Shown: positions 1-12,223 of the stretch, piece after piece
Numbering within the stretch: the first letter of the stretch is position 1
Layout of the letters: each line of letters starts with the position of its first letter
Assembly (NCBI GenBank): GCA_043228905.1
Contig: JBHGNT010000018.1
Location: forward strand, 15,996,001-16,060,000
Direction: 5' to 3'
DNA from: Azolla caroliniana
Lineage: Eukaryota; Plantae; Polypodiophyta
DNA: 64,000 nucleotides
Notes under the pieces: model-generated
The model's database searches: none
The model's input: the letters and a program-made list of their open reading frames with translations, nothing else
Told to the model about the DNA's origin: nothing
Translations under genes and position numbers: made by a program

Positions 1-2146
1 TAGGTCGGGTGCAACTCATCCCTATGGCGTATGTTGGAGTTTATCTGGCAGCTTTCACACGTCCCCACGAAATGGGTGACATCCTTGTACATTCCCGGCC
101 ACCAATACTTCTCCTTTAACTTCTCAAATGTTGCCCACATTCCTCTATGGCCCGCCCAAGGACTCTCGTGGAACTCAGACACCAATGTTGTCTGGTCTTC
201 TTCCTTTATGACCACTCATTGTGGCGTCCCCGTCCTTCTCTTTGGGTGCCTTCAGAGGAATCCCCCTCGTAGGAAGTACTTGCACGCTTTCTTTCGGACT
301 CTCTGTGCTTCCTGCTTCGACCATGAACTATCCACCGTCATTGAGCTTAAGAACTTGCCAATGTGTAGCCACTCCCCTTCGTATTCACTTTCGTTGGCAC
401 ATCTTGATCATCTACAGACGCTTGGGCCGTCTTAAAGAAGTCAAGAGCGACATCCTCATCTTTAGACACCATGTCTCTTTCGGCCTCGAATCTTGCCCTC
501 GATAGGCTATCTGCCATGGCATTGTTCTTCCTTGAAATGTGGTGAATCTCCAGGTTCATTGATTTGATGTAAGCAATCCACCTTAGCATAGCTAGGTCGG
601 GTGTTGCACATCCCGAAACCATCCCTAGGATTGGAAGGCAATCCGTCTCTATTACCACCTCTGGCCCAATTAGGTAATCTTTATCCGCCTTTACTGCAAA
701 CACAATACCCCAAAGCTCACGTTTTACTTGGACGTATCCTCGTTGTCGCTCGCTTAAGACCTTGGCTCCGAACCGGATGGCGTAGTGTGTACCATCCTCT
801 CCTTCTTGGTTTATGACCCATCTGATCCCTGTTGGACTCGTATCTACCGTCACGTAGATGGGCACCCCTTGTATACGGCTTTTCGTAAAGTTGGTGCTGC
901 TACCAACATTCCTTTGAGCCTCTTCATTGCCTTTGTGTGCTCTTCCTCCCACTTGAAGTTCCACCCCTTCTTGAGTAGCTCATACAAGGGCTCGGTTAGG
1001 TGAGCATAGTGCGGGATCCAGATGTGGTAGAATGCACAAGCACCAAGAAATCGCCTCACCTCTGTTTGCGATTTACATTCTTCCCTCATGTCTGTGATGG
1101 CGTCCACCTTTGCTGGGGACGACTTCCGTCCGTACGCCGCACACAAGTGTCCCACCACAAGGATCTCCGGTTGGCCGAATGCTGATTTCTCACCCGAGAA
1201 GGTCAAGCGTGCATCTTTGAGTCTTTGTAGAACCTTCTTGCAATCGGAGATGTGATATGCCACAAAACGTCTGCACCCATCCTCGTCCAAGGTTTCATCT
1301 TTCTTTGCTTCAGAGCACCCTTTTATGGGGATGTCATCGAGGAACGACATGGTGATGTCGGGGATACAATCTCTCAATACCTTGTTCATTGCATTTATCA
1401 TGTGGGCTACAGAGTTAGTGCCTCCTTGTGGCAAGGTACACATTCACACTAGGCCAATAGGGGTCCGCATCGTTGTGATGTCCCTACTCTCCACAACTAG
1501 TTGGAATTGATCATACCCCGAGTATAGATCATCGATCGAATAAATAGACCTTCCAGCGAAGGCCTCGACGAATTCGTCAATGCTCGGTCCGACCCCAACA
1601 TTTCGAATTGTCACTTGATTAACAGGTTGTAGGTCCTGGATGAAGCGTAATGTGCCGTTCTTCTTTGGCACAGTGAACCACCGATTCGAGTATGGGGCGC
1701 TTGATGGCTCGAGGATACCCATCTCAATCTTTTCCTTGAGTAGCTCAATCAACTTCGGGATGTGAGCTCTCGGAATGGGGATTGGCTTGATGTTCCATGG
1801 TACATGCGGCACCGTAAAATCACCATTGGCTCCACGATCTTCGGGTTTACACACCCTATCTCACCCGACGAGAAGGTGAAAGCCCTTCCGTGGCTTTCGA
1901 TCATCCTTCTAAATCTTTCCTCCTCCCTAGGCAATAGGAAGCCACCCCCACCAATCGGAGCTTCTGTCGCGTCTCGTCGGTAAACCGGTGCCCTATGCCT
2001 CGTGGGTCCCGCAAACTAGGATCAGCCGCTACCCCCTTTATCCAATCCCAACTATCGTTAGGCAATGGGGCAGCCACAAGCTTCACCTTCTTGTCCACGG
2101 TCTTGTACTTTGTTTGCACCTTGACCGTCCTCGCTTCCTCAATCAA
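1..2146 (-). pseudogene. pol: Gypsy pol, frameshifted: RT, RNase H and start of integrase zinc finger
   Basis: ORFs 1901-2146, 1749-1934, 1444-1854, 850-1443 and 347-964 are consecutive RT/RNase H pieces in different frames. The HESPWAGHRG-type integrase N-terminus lies at about 140-175. Confidence 0.9.
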
Positions 2147-3739
2147 CCGCCCAAGCTATTCGATGGCGGTGTACATGTCAACTGAGTTGACTGGAATTAC
2201 CTTGTCTTCATTGAGGCCCGATGCGGCCTTGTGTAGTGACTATCCGCATAGTCTTCGTCTTCCTCGGGAACCTCAGTTGACAATGCATTTACAATCCCGG
2301 GCTTTGCCAGTTCTTGCTCTGTCGAGAGCCACTTTCTCTTCATTAGGTCGATGATGACCTCGTGGAATTCTTTCCTGGTAATTCCGAGGACCTCTCACAG
2401 AGTAAACTCTACGCGACTATCGAGGATCCTCTCCTCCACTACCTTCTTCAAGTCCGTTGCTTGTTCGATCTCTGAGCAAAGCTTGAAGTTGGGGGGGTTC
2501 CCTTTCTCTTTCCATCTTTCGTCGCGTGCTTGAGACAGGTTCGGCTCTTCCCTTCTTCGTGCACCTCGAGCGTCATATTTCCTTGATGGACCGGCTCCCT
2601 CGTCATTTCCTACCTTCATCTCTTCTACCATTACTTCGTAGTTTTGGCAAACGGCTTCCACTAAGCCTGTCTTTTCTTCCACCGGATCCTTCCACCCAGT
2701 TGCTTCTTGGACCCTTCTTTCCGTTTCGTCCGCTTCTTCTCTTTTGAACTTCCCCTTAGAGAGGCTTCCAAGGATTGACGGCCAAAAGTCAAAATCTTTC
2801 TCCTCTTGCCTCCTCACCTCTTTCCCCACTCGGATCCCAACCGACGCCGAGTAGTGGACGACTTCAACATGTCGTGCTTCGGCCTCCTCCATCAGCCTTC
2901 TCATGCCCCCTCGGCCTTGATTCAATCCCAAGGGGCGCCTTGTCTCTGTCGAATAGACCCTATTGTTCCAAAGATAGACAATATCCTTTCTTAGGGCCTC
3001 TTGAAAGTCTCCACACTCCCTTTGTAGGTGGTCGGGGTTGTCACACCACATACATCTTTGCGCGAACGGGGGATGTCGATCTTGAGGGCCGCCACTCTCT
3101 CTCCTAGCTTGCGCTATTTGGAGATCTCGCACCATCTTTGTGAGCTCGTCTATTGCCGACCCTCCCGATGGTGCTTCAACCACGTTTCTCTCTAGGTCGA
3201 ACCTTGCATTTGCTTGCTCTCTTTCTTGAGGTATTCTACCACCCCTGGGTTCGTGTGTCTCACTAATGGAGCTTGTGGATGTTTGGCCGCTCAATGGAGA
3301 CCCGTCATTCCATTCCCTTCTCTTATCGAAGTGGCTACAAACCCGTTTTACCATAGCCCAATCCTTTGTGAGCCCATCATCAGTTTCGAGGAGGGACCCC
3401 ACCTTCTCTTGATCTCGTGCATCAACAGTCTTTATGAATAGTAGGACCTTGCTTGTGTCAAGCACCATCCTATCGAGCGTCGAGAGTCGCGCGAAGCGCT
3501 TCTCAAATTCTTGTAAAAGTACCATAGTATTTCTCCCCTTGCCGGGAAGCTCAACCCACTCCATTAGATCCCTTTTTGAAATTCTGAGTGAGTCATCAAG
3601 GCCGTACTTCTCGAGGAGTCTTTCTTCGAACTCCACCCAATTGCAACAGTTCGCTTGGATCTCGAGTACTATTAGGAAACAGGTCCCTTTGGATGGGAAG
3701 TGAGAAGAACAGTGTTGATGAGCAACTCGGCCGAATACA

Positions 3740-3960
3740 GATGTTGAGTACCCGACTATGGAAGACCCGACGAGAATCGGATGACGAGTACCCGGCAACG
3801 GAAGACCCGGTGAGAACCGGATGACGAGTACCCGGCAACGGAAGACCCGGTGAGAACTGGATGACGAGTACCCGGCTACGGAAGACCCGGTGAGAACCGA
3901 ATGACGAGTACCCGGCTACAGAAGACCCGGTGAGAATCGGATGTTGCAAGCCTGGTGAGA
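3740..3960. repeat. 40-bp tandem repeat, about 5.5 units, inside the solo LTR
   Basis: GAGTACCCG recurs at 3746, 3786, 3826, 3866 and 3906. Confidence 0.95.
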
Positions 3961-4141
3961 ACCTCTCATTGGATGGAAGGGACATATATGTAAATATGTT
4001 CCAGAGAGCCCACTGGGGCTATATTTGTAAATAGCCCGAAAGTCATATTACTATAAATATGACCTAGGGCAAACTTAATAGTATGTTGTAGTAGTTGGTT
4101 GTGTGATTATCGTTGTTGCGATAATTCTGTGCGTAACTGTG

Positions 4142-4144
<3 letters not shown>

Positions 4145-4200
<56 letters not shown>
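4145..4200. repeat. (AG)n microsatellite
   Basis: Pure AG run in the sequence. Confidence 0.98.
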
Positions 4201-4203
<3 letters not shown>

Positions 4204-4762
4204 AAGAGAGGAAGAGGTTGTTGCCTCTGTTGTAACCGCCTTGTGGTGAAGTGAGGGAGCAAGAGGTCGTTGCCTCTGTGCCCCATTGTTGTAATCTTGA
4301 TATAGTGATATTTTACAGTCTGAGGGCTGCCGTGGTTTTTCCCAGATTTGGGTTTTCCACGTAAATATCCTGTGCATTCTTCTTTACTATTTCGTGCTTA
4401 GATACATCTCTCCACATCCCTGTTTTTCTGTGATTGATCCAACCTCTCGGTTGTGGCCGAGCATAGCTTAGAGAAGCGTATTCCTATCAAGTACCTCCGC
4501 GTGGATACTCGGCGTAACCACTCTAGCGAATCCGGTTAGCCGCCTATCTTCGGGGACGTTTCGCATAAGCATTTCAGCCTTATAGGCATCCAAGTAGCTC
4601 GTGATATCTCTTCCATTGAACCGACCCGTTGTGCTAACCACCGTCTCTATGGCCCGGTCTAGGCCGATGATGCCTTCTCGGGCATTTACCAAGCGGTCCA
4701 CCACCGCCGCCATCGCCTCAACGAGTTCTCCTCCTCGCATCTTGGTTCTCCCTTGCCGCCCT

Positions 4763-4780
4763 TTCACGTCGGGTTCACCA
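4763..4780 (-). promoter_or_regulatory. Primer-binding site complementary to tRNA-Trp
   Basis: The plus strand reads TTCACGTCGGGTTCACCA, matching the 3' end plus CCA of plant cytosolic tRNA-Trp as I recall it. It lies 5 nt from the LTR end. Confidence 0.85.
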
Positions 4781-4785
4781 ATGTA

Positions 4786-6359
4786 TGTCACGAAGATTCG
4801 CGCACGTGTGTTACATCGGCGGGACCACGGGGGTTTTGGACTAGGGAGTACTCAAGGGATAGAGAAGACCCGAGGTTTGCTTTACGACAATACTACTTCC
4901 CAACCCCTTCCCAAGCAAGGTTTCGTTGCCATTTGTTTTGTGAGGCCAGTGGCTCTCGTTGATCACGACTCGTCGACCTTCCGAGATTATCGCATGAGCC
5001 AAGTGACCAAACGGGTACAAGCAAGATAAACACGCAACATGAACGCACAAGGGGACGATAACACAAACACGAATGTCCGTATGTCTTTATGAGGAGGAGA
5101 GGTGCATGGGCATGCCCGAATGCTCCCTCGTCACAAGACGTCGAACATACGAGGAAGACAAAAAACACATGCACAAATGCTCGTACACCTTTATGAGGAG
5201 GAGAGGTGCATGGGCAAGCCCGAACGGTCCCCTCGTCACAAGACGGCCGAACGTACAAGGAAGACACAAACACACACACAAATACTCGTACGCCTTTATG
5301 AGGAGAAGAGGTGCATGGGCAAGCCCGAAGGGTCCCCTCATCACAAGATGGCCGAACGTATAAGAAAGACACAAACACACGCACAAAATGCTCATACGCC
5401 TTTATGAGGAGGAGAGGTGCATGGGCAAGCCCGAATGGTCCCCTCGTCACAATACGGCCGAACGTACAAGGAAGACACGAATAAAGAAAGAAGGAGAGAA
5501 AGAAACACAAATGATATCGACCAAAGAGATAAATACGTGTTCGATTCCAACGCAAGAGGACCCTTTATAAAATAGGGTTTTGTTTACAATGGCAACTTAT
5601 AGTTAACCACAAGCTCAATCAAAACATAAATATTAAATTCCCTTAGAGAGAAAAGCAAATCCGAACACGGCGAAGATGAACACACGAGCACCACCAAAAT
5701 GCCAATCCCAACCAACCACGACCACCCGAATGGCGAGCACACGGGCTCGCAACAATGAACGGGGCGGAGCAATGTTGAACCAAAGAAGCTTGGGCTCACG
5801 AGCACTTCGAGTGCCGACGCGAAGAAGACGAGCACGTGGCGATGGGGGTATGAAGGGGTATGAGATGAAGAGAAGTGGTGAATAAGGAGATGAAGAGCTT
5901 CGAAGGAAAATTGGCGATAGTCTCCCCCTCCCAAAACGTCCTCCCGAATGAGCCCCCCTCGACCTCCTTTTATAGACAAAAAGAAGGGGGGGTCGCCAAA
6001 TTTGTCTTCAATTAAAAGGGAATAAAATTCTTTAAATGACACTGCATAGTAAGTCCAAATTCAAACCGTGCACCTCTAGCTAGTAGTCAATGTGACTATC
6101 CACTAGCCCACTAACTCTCTCTTATATAATATATAATTCTATCTCTATAAATTCATAGCCAGTCTCCCCTCTACCTTTTATCTCTCCTCTCTCTTACTTT
6201 TTGCACGAGCTTCTATACCTCCTTTTCACCCTTTCCTTTCCTTTTTATTTTGCATATGCACAATTAATCGCTTTTGTGTGCACACACATTGCACACGCAC
6301 ATTTTTGACCCCCCCCTTTCGCCGGTTTTTCCCACTCTCGAGCACGCCATATCACGACA
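4786..6359 (-). repeat. 5' LTR of the Gypsy element (about 1.57 kb)
   Basis: Ends are TGTCACGAAG...ATCACGACA. It abuts the PBS on one side, and Copia sequence resumes at 6360. Confidence 0.85.
5075..5480. repeat. About 105-bp tandem repeat x4 inside the Gypsy LTR
   Basis: CTTTATGAGGAG(G/A)AGAGGTGCATGGGCA recurs at about 5085, 5189, 5294 and 5400. Confidence 0.95.
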
Positions 6360-8860
6360 CCGTGTCCGCGGTTCTTTACGCAGGGACATTACGGCCAAGT
6401 CTCAACTACTCACCGTCTCATCATCTGGTTGGTCATCTCGGCCCAACCCCTCATTTGGCTCGCTTACCCGAAGTGAGATCGGACTCCGTCTCAGAGCTCC
6501 GATTTCTTCATCGTGCGGAGGCATTTCGGCCTTGCTAATGTCGCCCTCAGAATTTGGAATGGAGTCATGAGGAGTTGGAGGTGAAGGCAAGTACCACGAA
6601 GCGGACTCGTCGAACACGACATTTCGACTTATGCGTACTTCCTTTGTTCGGGGGTTATAACATTTATACCCCTTCTGTTTGTCTGGATAGCTGACTAAGA
6701 TGCACTTTTCGGCTTTGGCATCCAGCTTCCTCCTCTTTTCCTTCGGCACATGCACATATGCAATGCTACCGAAGATCCACAAGTGTGCCAAGTTCGGCTT
6801 CTTCCCGAAATACAACTCATGTGGCGACACTCCTCCATTAGCAGAAGTCCTATTCTGCAAGTAGACAACCGTCTTAACGGTTTCAACCCAATAGAATTTC
6901 AGCATATGCTTCTCTTCAAGCATTGCCTTGGCCGCTTCTTCAATCGTCTGATTCTTTCGCTTGGCCACGCCGTTCTGTTGCGGCGTGTATCTACATGAGA
7001 ATTCGTGCCGAATTCCCTCCTTCTATACATAACTTGTGAACTGGTGGAGAAGTACTCCTTCCCGCCATCAGACTATAGGTATTGGATCTTATGCCCCGTT
7101 TCCCTTTCCACAAGGCTCTTCACATTTAGGAAACATGCGAAGACTTCGCTCTTCTTCTCAATAATGCATGCCCATGTGTGCCGAGTGAAGTCATCGATGA
7201 AAGTTACAAAGTAACGGATTCCACCGAGACTCACGTTCTTTGCCGGACCCCACACATTTGAATGGATCAAATCCAGCGGACTTGGACTACGATTACGCTC
7301 ATTGGGGAATGGAAGTCGGTGTTGTTTCCCCATCTGACAGGCTTCGCAGACTTGGCCATTCCGACCACGAAATTTCGGCAACCTGCAAACAATGTTCTTC
7401 GTCTGCATTTCACGAAGCCGTGGGAAATTTACGTGGTCGAACCGCTTGTGCCACAGGTTGATATCCGATTCGACCGTTTGTCCTTTCGCGTACAACGCGG
7501 TTCCGGCATGATTAGTGTCGAGGATAAACATCCTCCCTTCCCGGTGCCCTTGCACGATCACTTTGCCTTCCTCTTCTATGAAGCAGCCGAGGTGTGTGAA
7601 TCGAACTTGCATACCTTGGTCGATGATTTGACCGACCGTCATTAGGTTCTTGGTTATTGTCGGGACGTGCAACACGTTCATTAGCTTCCTTTTTTGCTCG
7701 ACATGGCTGAGGGGAACTTCGCTGACATGTTCGATGGTATGCGGAGTGTCGTCTCCCGTTTCGACCACTCCTTGTGATTCCGGTTTCTCCAAGTACAAGA
7801 ACCATTCATCGTGACTCGTCATATGATTTGATGCTCCGGAATCAACATACCACACCTCGCTTGATTTCGAGATGTTCACGGCCATAGAATTGACCTTATG
7901 CTTCATTACGAAGGCTGGGCCCGATTTGTTTCCGGCTCGTTTAGAGCCTTCTGTGTAGTGCGATCTCTGACGCCTCTCTGCGTCTCTTCGGCTCGATCCG
8001 GCTTTGTCTGAATCGGCTTGCTTTTTCCAGCACTCGCTCTCCGTGTGGCCTTTCTTGTCACAATACCAACAATCCGGCGCGGTCTTCTCTTGCCGTCTTC
8101 CGGCGCCGCCATGACTCCCCCTCCTTGCGGAGGGTTTGGAATTGATTCTGGCATCTCGATTATGCCATACATTCTGCTCTTTTCGGCCGCCTCCATTGCG
8201 CGCCGATCCACCTCGTCCACCACGACCATGGGGTCTATCATCCTCCATGTAAAGCATCTTGCTATCGACATGTGCACTCGTCGACGCACCCATGTGGTTT
8301 TCTTCTACGAGCAACATTGACTGAAGCTCGAAAAATGAAGGCGTAATCTCCCTCGTGTAGACTGCCGTTCGGAAAGGTTCGAACTTTGATGCTAACCTGC
8401 CAAGACAAACTTGCACCATCTCATCCTCCTCGACGTTCACGTTGACAGAGGCGAGTGAGTCGCAAATTTCTTTGATCTTGGTGGTGTAATCAGCCACCGG
8501 CATATCTCTTTGTCGTACATTGCTGAGCTCCTATCTGAGCTGCAACTTTCTGGCCGTTTTGCTGGCGGCGAAAATCCTTTTGAGATTCACCCATGCGTCC
8601 TTCGACATCTTGGCATCCCGAATATTGCTCAAAAGCTGATCGCTTACACAGGACACGAAGCAGTACAACACTCTGCTTGCCGCTTGTTCCCAAGCCGGAT
8701 AGTCCAGGTGTGTCGAGTCGGGTGCCACATCATTTGCTCCTTCGACATAACTCCAGTAGCCATGGCCGAGCAGGTACTGGTGCATCTTGTAAGACCAAGA
8801 TGCGTAGTTGCTTTTGTCAAGCTTTTCAGTTGGAAGTGAGCTTCCCATTCCTCTGTCCAT
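6360..8860 (-). pseudogene. Copia gag-pol (gag, protease, integrase) with in-frame stops
   Basis: ORFs 8531-8899, 7073-8503 and 6402-6968 are separated by premature stops and frameshifts. Confidence 0.92.
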
Positions 8861-8964
8861 AGTACTGTCTTTTTCTTCTCCGAACGTGAACAACTTCAAC
8901 TCTGTTTCGTCGCTAACTTTTCTTGTTGTCTACAGAGGACTTCAACCCTCGCGCTTTGATACCA

Positions 8965-9398
8965 TGTAAAGGAATACGTTGTGCGGAAGTGTGTGCGTAA
9001 ACGCAGAGTACACAATTCGGAAATAAGACAGTTCGGTAAACTCAGAAAACGCAGAGATGGAGATGGAGATGGAGAGAGAGAGAGAGTGAGAGAGTAGACA
9101 ATGTAAAACTCAAATTCAAAATAATGACTCTCTGTTTTGTACATACTTCGTGCTCAGTGAGCATCTTATATACAAGCCTTGACAATCGGGTTGACACAAG
9201 TACTGACAGTACTTGACGCTCATAAATGAGCTGCTGCACAAACTCCCAAAAATATTCCTTTACGAGGAATAACGCTCTAACAACCTCTTTGGTTTTCACA
9301 CCGATGCGGCCCTGTTGTGCGTACTTTTTCACAAACCCAGTCTACGCACTGGGTTACGCTTCGTACTTCGCACTGAATGTTGAGCTTGTCTCTCAACA
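8965..9398 (-). repeat. Copia family A 5' LTR
   Basis: Minus strand reads TGTTGAGAGACAAGCTCAACA...TTTACA. Homologous to 35948-36367 and 56321-56730. Confidence 0.92.
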
Positions 9399-10042
9399 CT
9401 TCATTATCATTGGATCATGCAGGACGTTCTTGATGTAGGTTTGATTCCCTTCTTCACCGAATGAGACGTTTCCGACATGCTAGATGGGGTGGACAACGGC
9501 ATTCGGGTTTTCACAATTCTCGAAACCAATCTTTATGAGACGTCATGTGATTGGATGCACCCGAGTTGACAAACCATATATTTTTTGAGTTGGAGGTGCT
9601 TGTCAGGCATGATGTCGTCATTGAATTTGCTTTATGCCGCATCATGAACACTTCACCACGACCGTTGTAGTTGGAGTTTGAGGCATAGTTGGTGAGTTGT
9701 TGTCTTGTGAAGGTCGACTCACTGTTTTTCTTATGGCACTCTGCCTCGAAGTGGCCGAATTTACCATTATTAGTATCCGCACTGGACGGAGTTTTTTTGT
9801 CCGTTGGGTCTAACATGATTGCTCCCCCTTCTTCTAGACATTCCACCTTGCGCGTTTGAAACATCTTGTCGGTAGTAGAAGTTTTGTTCACGGGGTTGTT
9901 CTTGGTTGTGGCATCCTTGACCGAATCGGCCTTGAACTTCTATGGCACATTAGTTATGATACAAAGGAGGTGGGGTGTCCACGCACTTGGCTGTTCCTAA
10001 TGTGTGTTCTCACACTAGGGAAGTTGAGTTTGATTCTCAACA
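9399..10042 (-). mobile_element. Internally deleted Copia fragment (family C LTR start fused to gag knuckle/protease)
   Basis: About 9936-10042 is the reverse complement of the start of LTR 19576-19949. ORF 9511-9891 has KFGHFEAEC and WFVNSGASNHM. Confidence 0.8.
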
Positions 10043-12223
10043 CAGAGTCTCAGTCTTTAGAAAGATAGTGAGATTGAGGTATCAGGATGGCTCAAGTATG
10101 GTTGAGCACCTGAACGCCTTCCAAGGACTAATCAATTAGACCACCTCTTTGGAAGTACCTCTTGCCGATGAGGTATTAGCATTGACGTTGTTAGGTTCCT
10201 TTGCAGACAGTTGGGAGATGCTCGTTGTCACATTGGGCAACGTCGCACCAAAAGGGAAACATGTATCCCTAGAGATGGTGAATTTGAGTTTTCTAAATGT
10301 AGAAGCTCGCCGAAAGGACAGAGAGTCCGTCTCTGACCATAAGACCCTAGTCACAGAACGTGACTCCAACCGAGGATGGGGCAAGTAGAGAAGTCTGTAG
10401 AATAGGGACAGGTCCAGACCGAGGTCAACGTCGAAGAGAAGGCCCACATACTTCTACTGTGGGTAGCTAGGACACTTCTAGAAGAAATGTCAACACTACC
10501 AAAAGGAAAAATGGGAGACTAATGGTGTTGAGCCGAAGAAGATTACGAACAACAAGAACACCTCAGCCATTTCCGCGAGCGAGGAGGAGTTGTTGTTTAT
10601 ATGTGAAGAAAATGAAGCAAATCTCACTGGCGAAGAATCGACATGGGTGTTCGATTCTAATGCGTCGTTTCACCTGACCCCAAATAGAGAATGCTTCTCA
10701 TCGTATACGGCTGGTGACTATGATTATGTGATTGGGGAATGACACCACCTGCAAAATTTTGGGAATCTGAAATGTATGCTTGTTGACATCGACAGGTTGC
10801 AGAATGGTACTCAAGGACGTATACCATGTACGTGATATTAGACTTAATCTAATATTAGCCGGACAACTTGACGACGAAGGCTATTGTGGTAGCTTTCGAA
10901 ATGGAAGTTGGAAATTTTGTAGAGGGAACCTGATCATGGAGCCATGAAGCAAAATACATTGTATGTATTGCATGCACGACTGTGCTGAAACGAGGTAAAT
11001 GTGGCAGCCGACACAATTGGTGAGTTGTGGCATAAGAGGCTATGCCACATGAGCCAGAAGGGTATGTAGATGCTAGCCAGAAAAGAACTCCTATCAAAGG
11101 TGAAGAATGTGCATCTAGATAAATGTGCCGATTGCTTGGCCGGAAAACAAAATAGAGCCTCATTTCGCCCCAGGACTCTGATGAGAAGGAAGAATAGTAT
11201 GGAACTTGTGCATACGGATGTATGCCAAGTTGATGCAAAGTCACACGCCAGTGGACAATATTTTGTGACCTTCATAGATGACAATAACCGTCTCGTGGCA
11301 GTCAAATCTATAGAAGGTCGTGGCGTTGTCGACCACAGAAGCGGAATATATGGTGGCCGTCGAAGCCGGCACTAAAATCATATGGATGAGAGATTTTACA
11401 AGTGAGATAGGAATTAGATAAGATCAATTCCTATTACACTATGACAATTAGAGTGCCATCCACCTTGCCAAGAATGCCGCCTACCACTCCAGGTCCAAGC
11501 ACATCCAGAGGAGATACCATTGGATCCAGGAAAGGGTAGAAGAAAAGGAGTTTGCTCTAGTGAAGATCCACACAATGGAAAATAGATCAGATGTGCTGAC
11601 AAAGGTGCTATCGACAGAAAAGCTGGAAGTGTGCCGAAAATGGATCGGATTGACGAAGAAACCCATGCCGGAGTGAAGGGGGGGTTCATTAGGAAACATG
11701 TCCCTCCGGATGGGAACGAGAACGTGAGTTGGAGAGAAGAGTAAGCCGAATCAGTCAACAACTACTCGGTCAAGGCCGAAAAATCAATCGATTCCAAATT
11801 TCGGTCGAGGCCGAAAATCGGGTAATAATCGATTCGGCTAATAGTCAAATCAGTCGAAGCCAACTCGGGGCTATAATTTTATATAGCTCATATTGTGTAT
11901 ATGAGTATAAATATAGTTAGGGCAAGTAGTTAGACATAAAGTTGTTAATATAGTTGACTGTGTAAGTGAGAGTGTGTGAGAGTTAGAAGTAACTCTCTTG
12001 TAACCCTCTATAAGGCAAAGTGGAGCTCGAGGTTGTTTCTTGCGAGTCTCCTTGTATCCTATCATATATAGTGTAACAATTTTGAGTTTGTGGTCTCTCG
12101 TGGTTTTTCCCTTTCAAGGTTTTCCACGTAAACATCCTGTGTCCTTTTGTTTGTGTATTCATTTCTTTTCTTTCATTTCCACCTGTGAGTGATAATCGGT
12201 TGTGGCCGATCTTATATTCAACA
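10043..12223 (+). mobile_element. Tnt1-like Copia, degenerate, with a large INT-RT deletion, PPT and 3' LTR
   Basis: gag (LLGSFADSWEML), protease, LVHTDVCQVD and FVTFIDD, then a jump at about 11290 to RNase H (HIQRRYHWI). PPT GAGTGAAGGGGGGG at 11671-11684; LTR 11687-12223. Confidence 0.88.
11687..12223 (+). repeat. 3' LTR of the Tnt1-like Copia
   Basis: Follows the PPT and ends TTCAACA. Host integrase resumes at 12224. Confidence 0.85.

Larger units (their letters stand above)
3670..4489 (+). mobile_element. Solo LTR related to the Tnt1-like Copia family, TSD AGTAC
   Basis: Ends are TATTAGGAA...TTCCTATCA, with AGTAC at 3665-3669 and 4490-4494. It shares GTGGTTTTTCCC...TTTTCCACGTAAA and CGGTTGTGGCCGA blocks with the LTR at 11687-12223. 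Confidence 0.9.
2395..4740 (-). pseudogene. gag: Gypsy gag with CMWC-x4-H-x4-C zinc knuckle, split by a solo LTR
   Basis: ORF 4468-4791 (...SIHAEVL) rejoins ORF 2395-3798 (VLEIQANC...) once 3670-4489 and one TSD copy are removed. The knuckle reads CMWCDNPDHLQREC. Confidence 0.88.
1..6359 (-). mobile_element. Ty3/Gypsy LTR retrotransposon (TGTC...ACGACA family), 5' LTR + PBS + gag-pol, 3' part beyond the left window edge
   Basis: Minus-strand order LTR(4786-6359)-PBS-gag-RT-RNaseH-INT. RT motifs (FIQDLQPVN, DLYSGYDQF, FLDD) and RNase H motifs (ETDCLP, NAMADSLSR) appear in the ORF track. It is inserted into a Copia integrase region at 6360. Confidence 0.92.
6360..9398 (-). mobile_element. Ty1/Copia family A, 5' half (LTR-PBS-gag-PR-INT)
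   Basis: LTR 8965-9398; PBS TGGTATCAAAGC at 8953-8964; gag MDRGMGSSLPTEKLD; CWYC zinc knuckle; protease WYVDSGASNHM; integrase YFVTFIDDFTR and KLDAKAEKC. Confidence 0.95.

Noticed and set aside
3740-3960. CRISPR-like periodic repeat
   Set aside because: The units are head-to-tail with no unique spacers, there are no cas genes, and the context is a eukaryotic LTR.
4893-5555. Long ORFs with internal peptide repeats (220 aa and overlapping frames)
   Set aside because: They are translations of the 105-bp tandem array inside an LTR, with no recognisable domain.
6371-6382. TCTTTACGCA as the Gypsy LTR end
   Set aside because: It matches host Copia sequence (compare about 53746-53760). The true LTR end is ACGACA at 6359.
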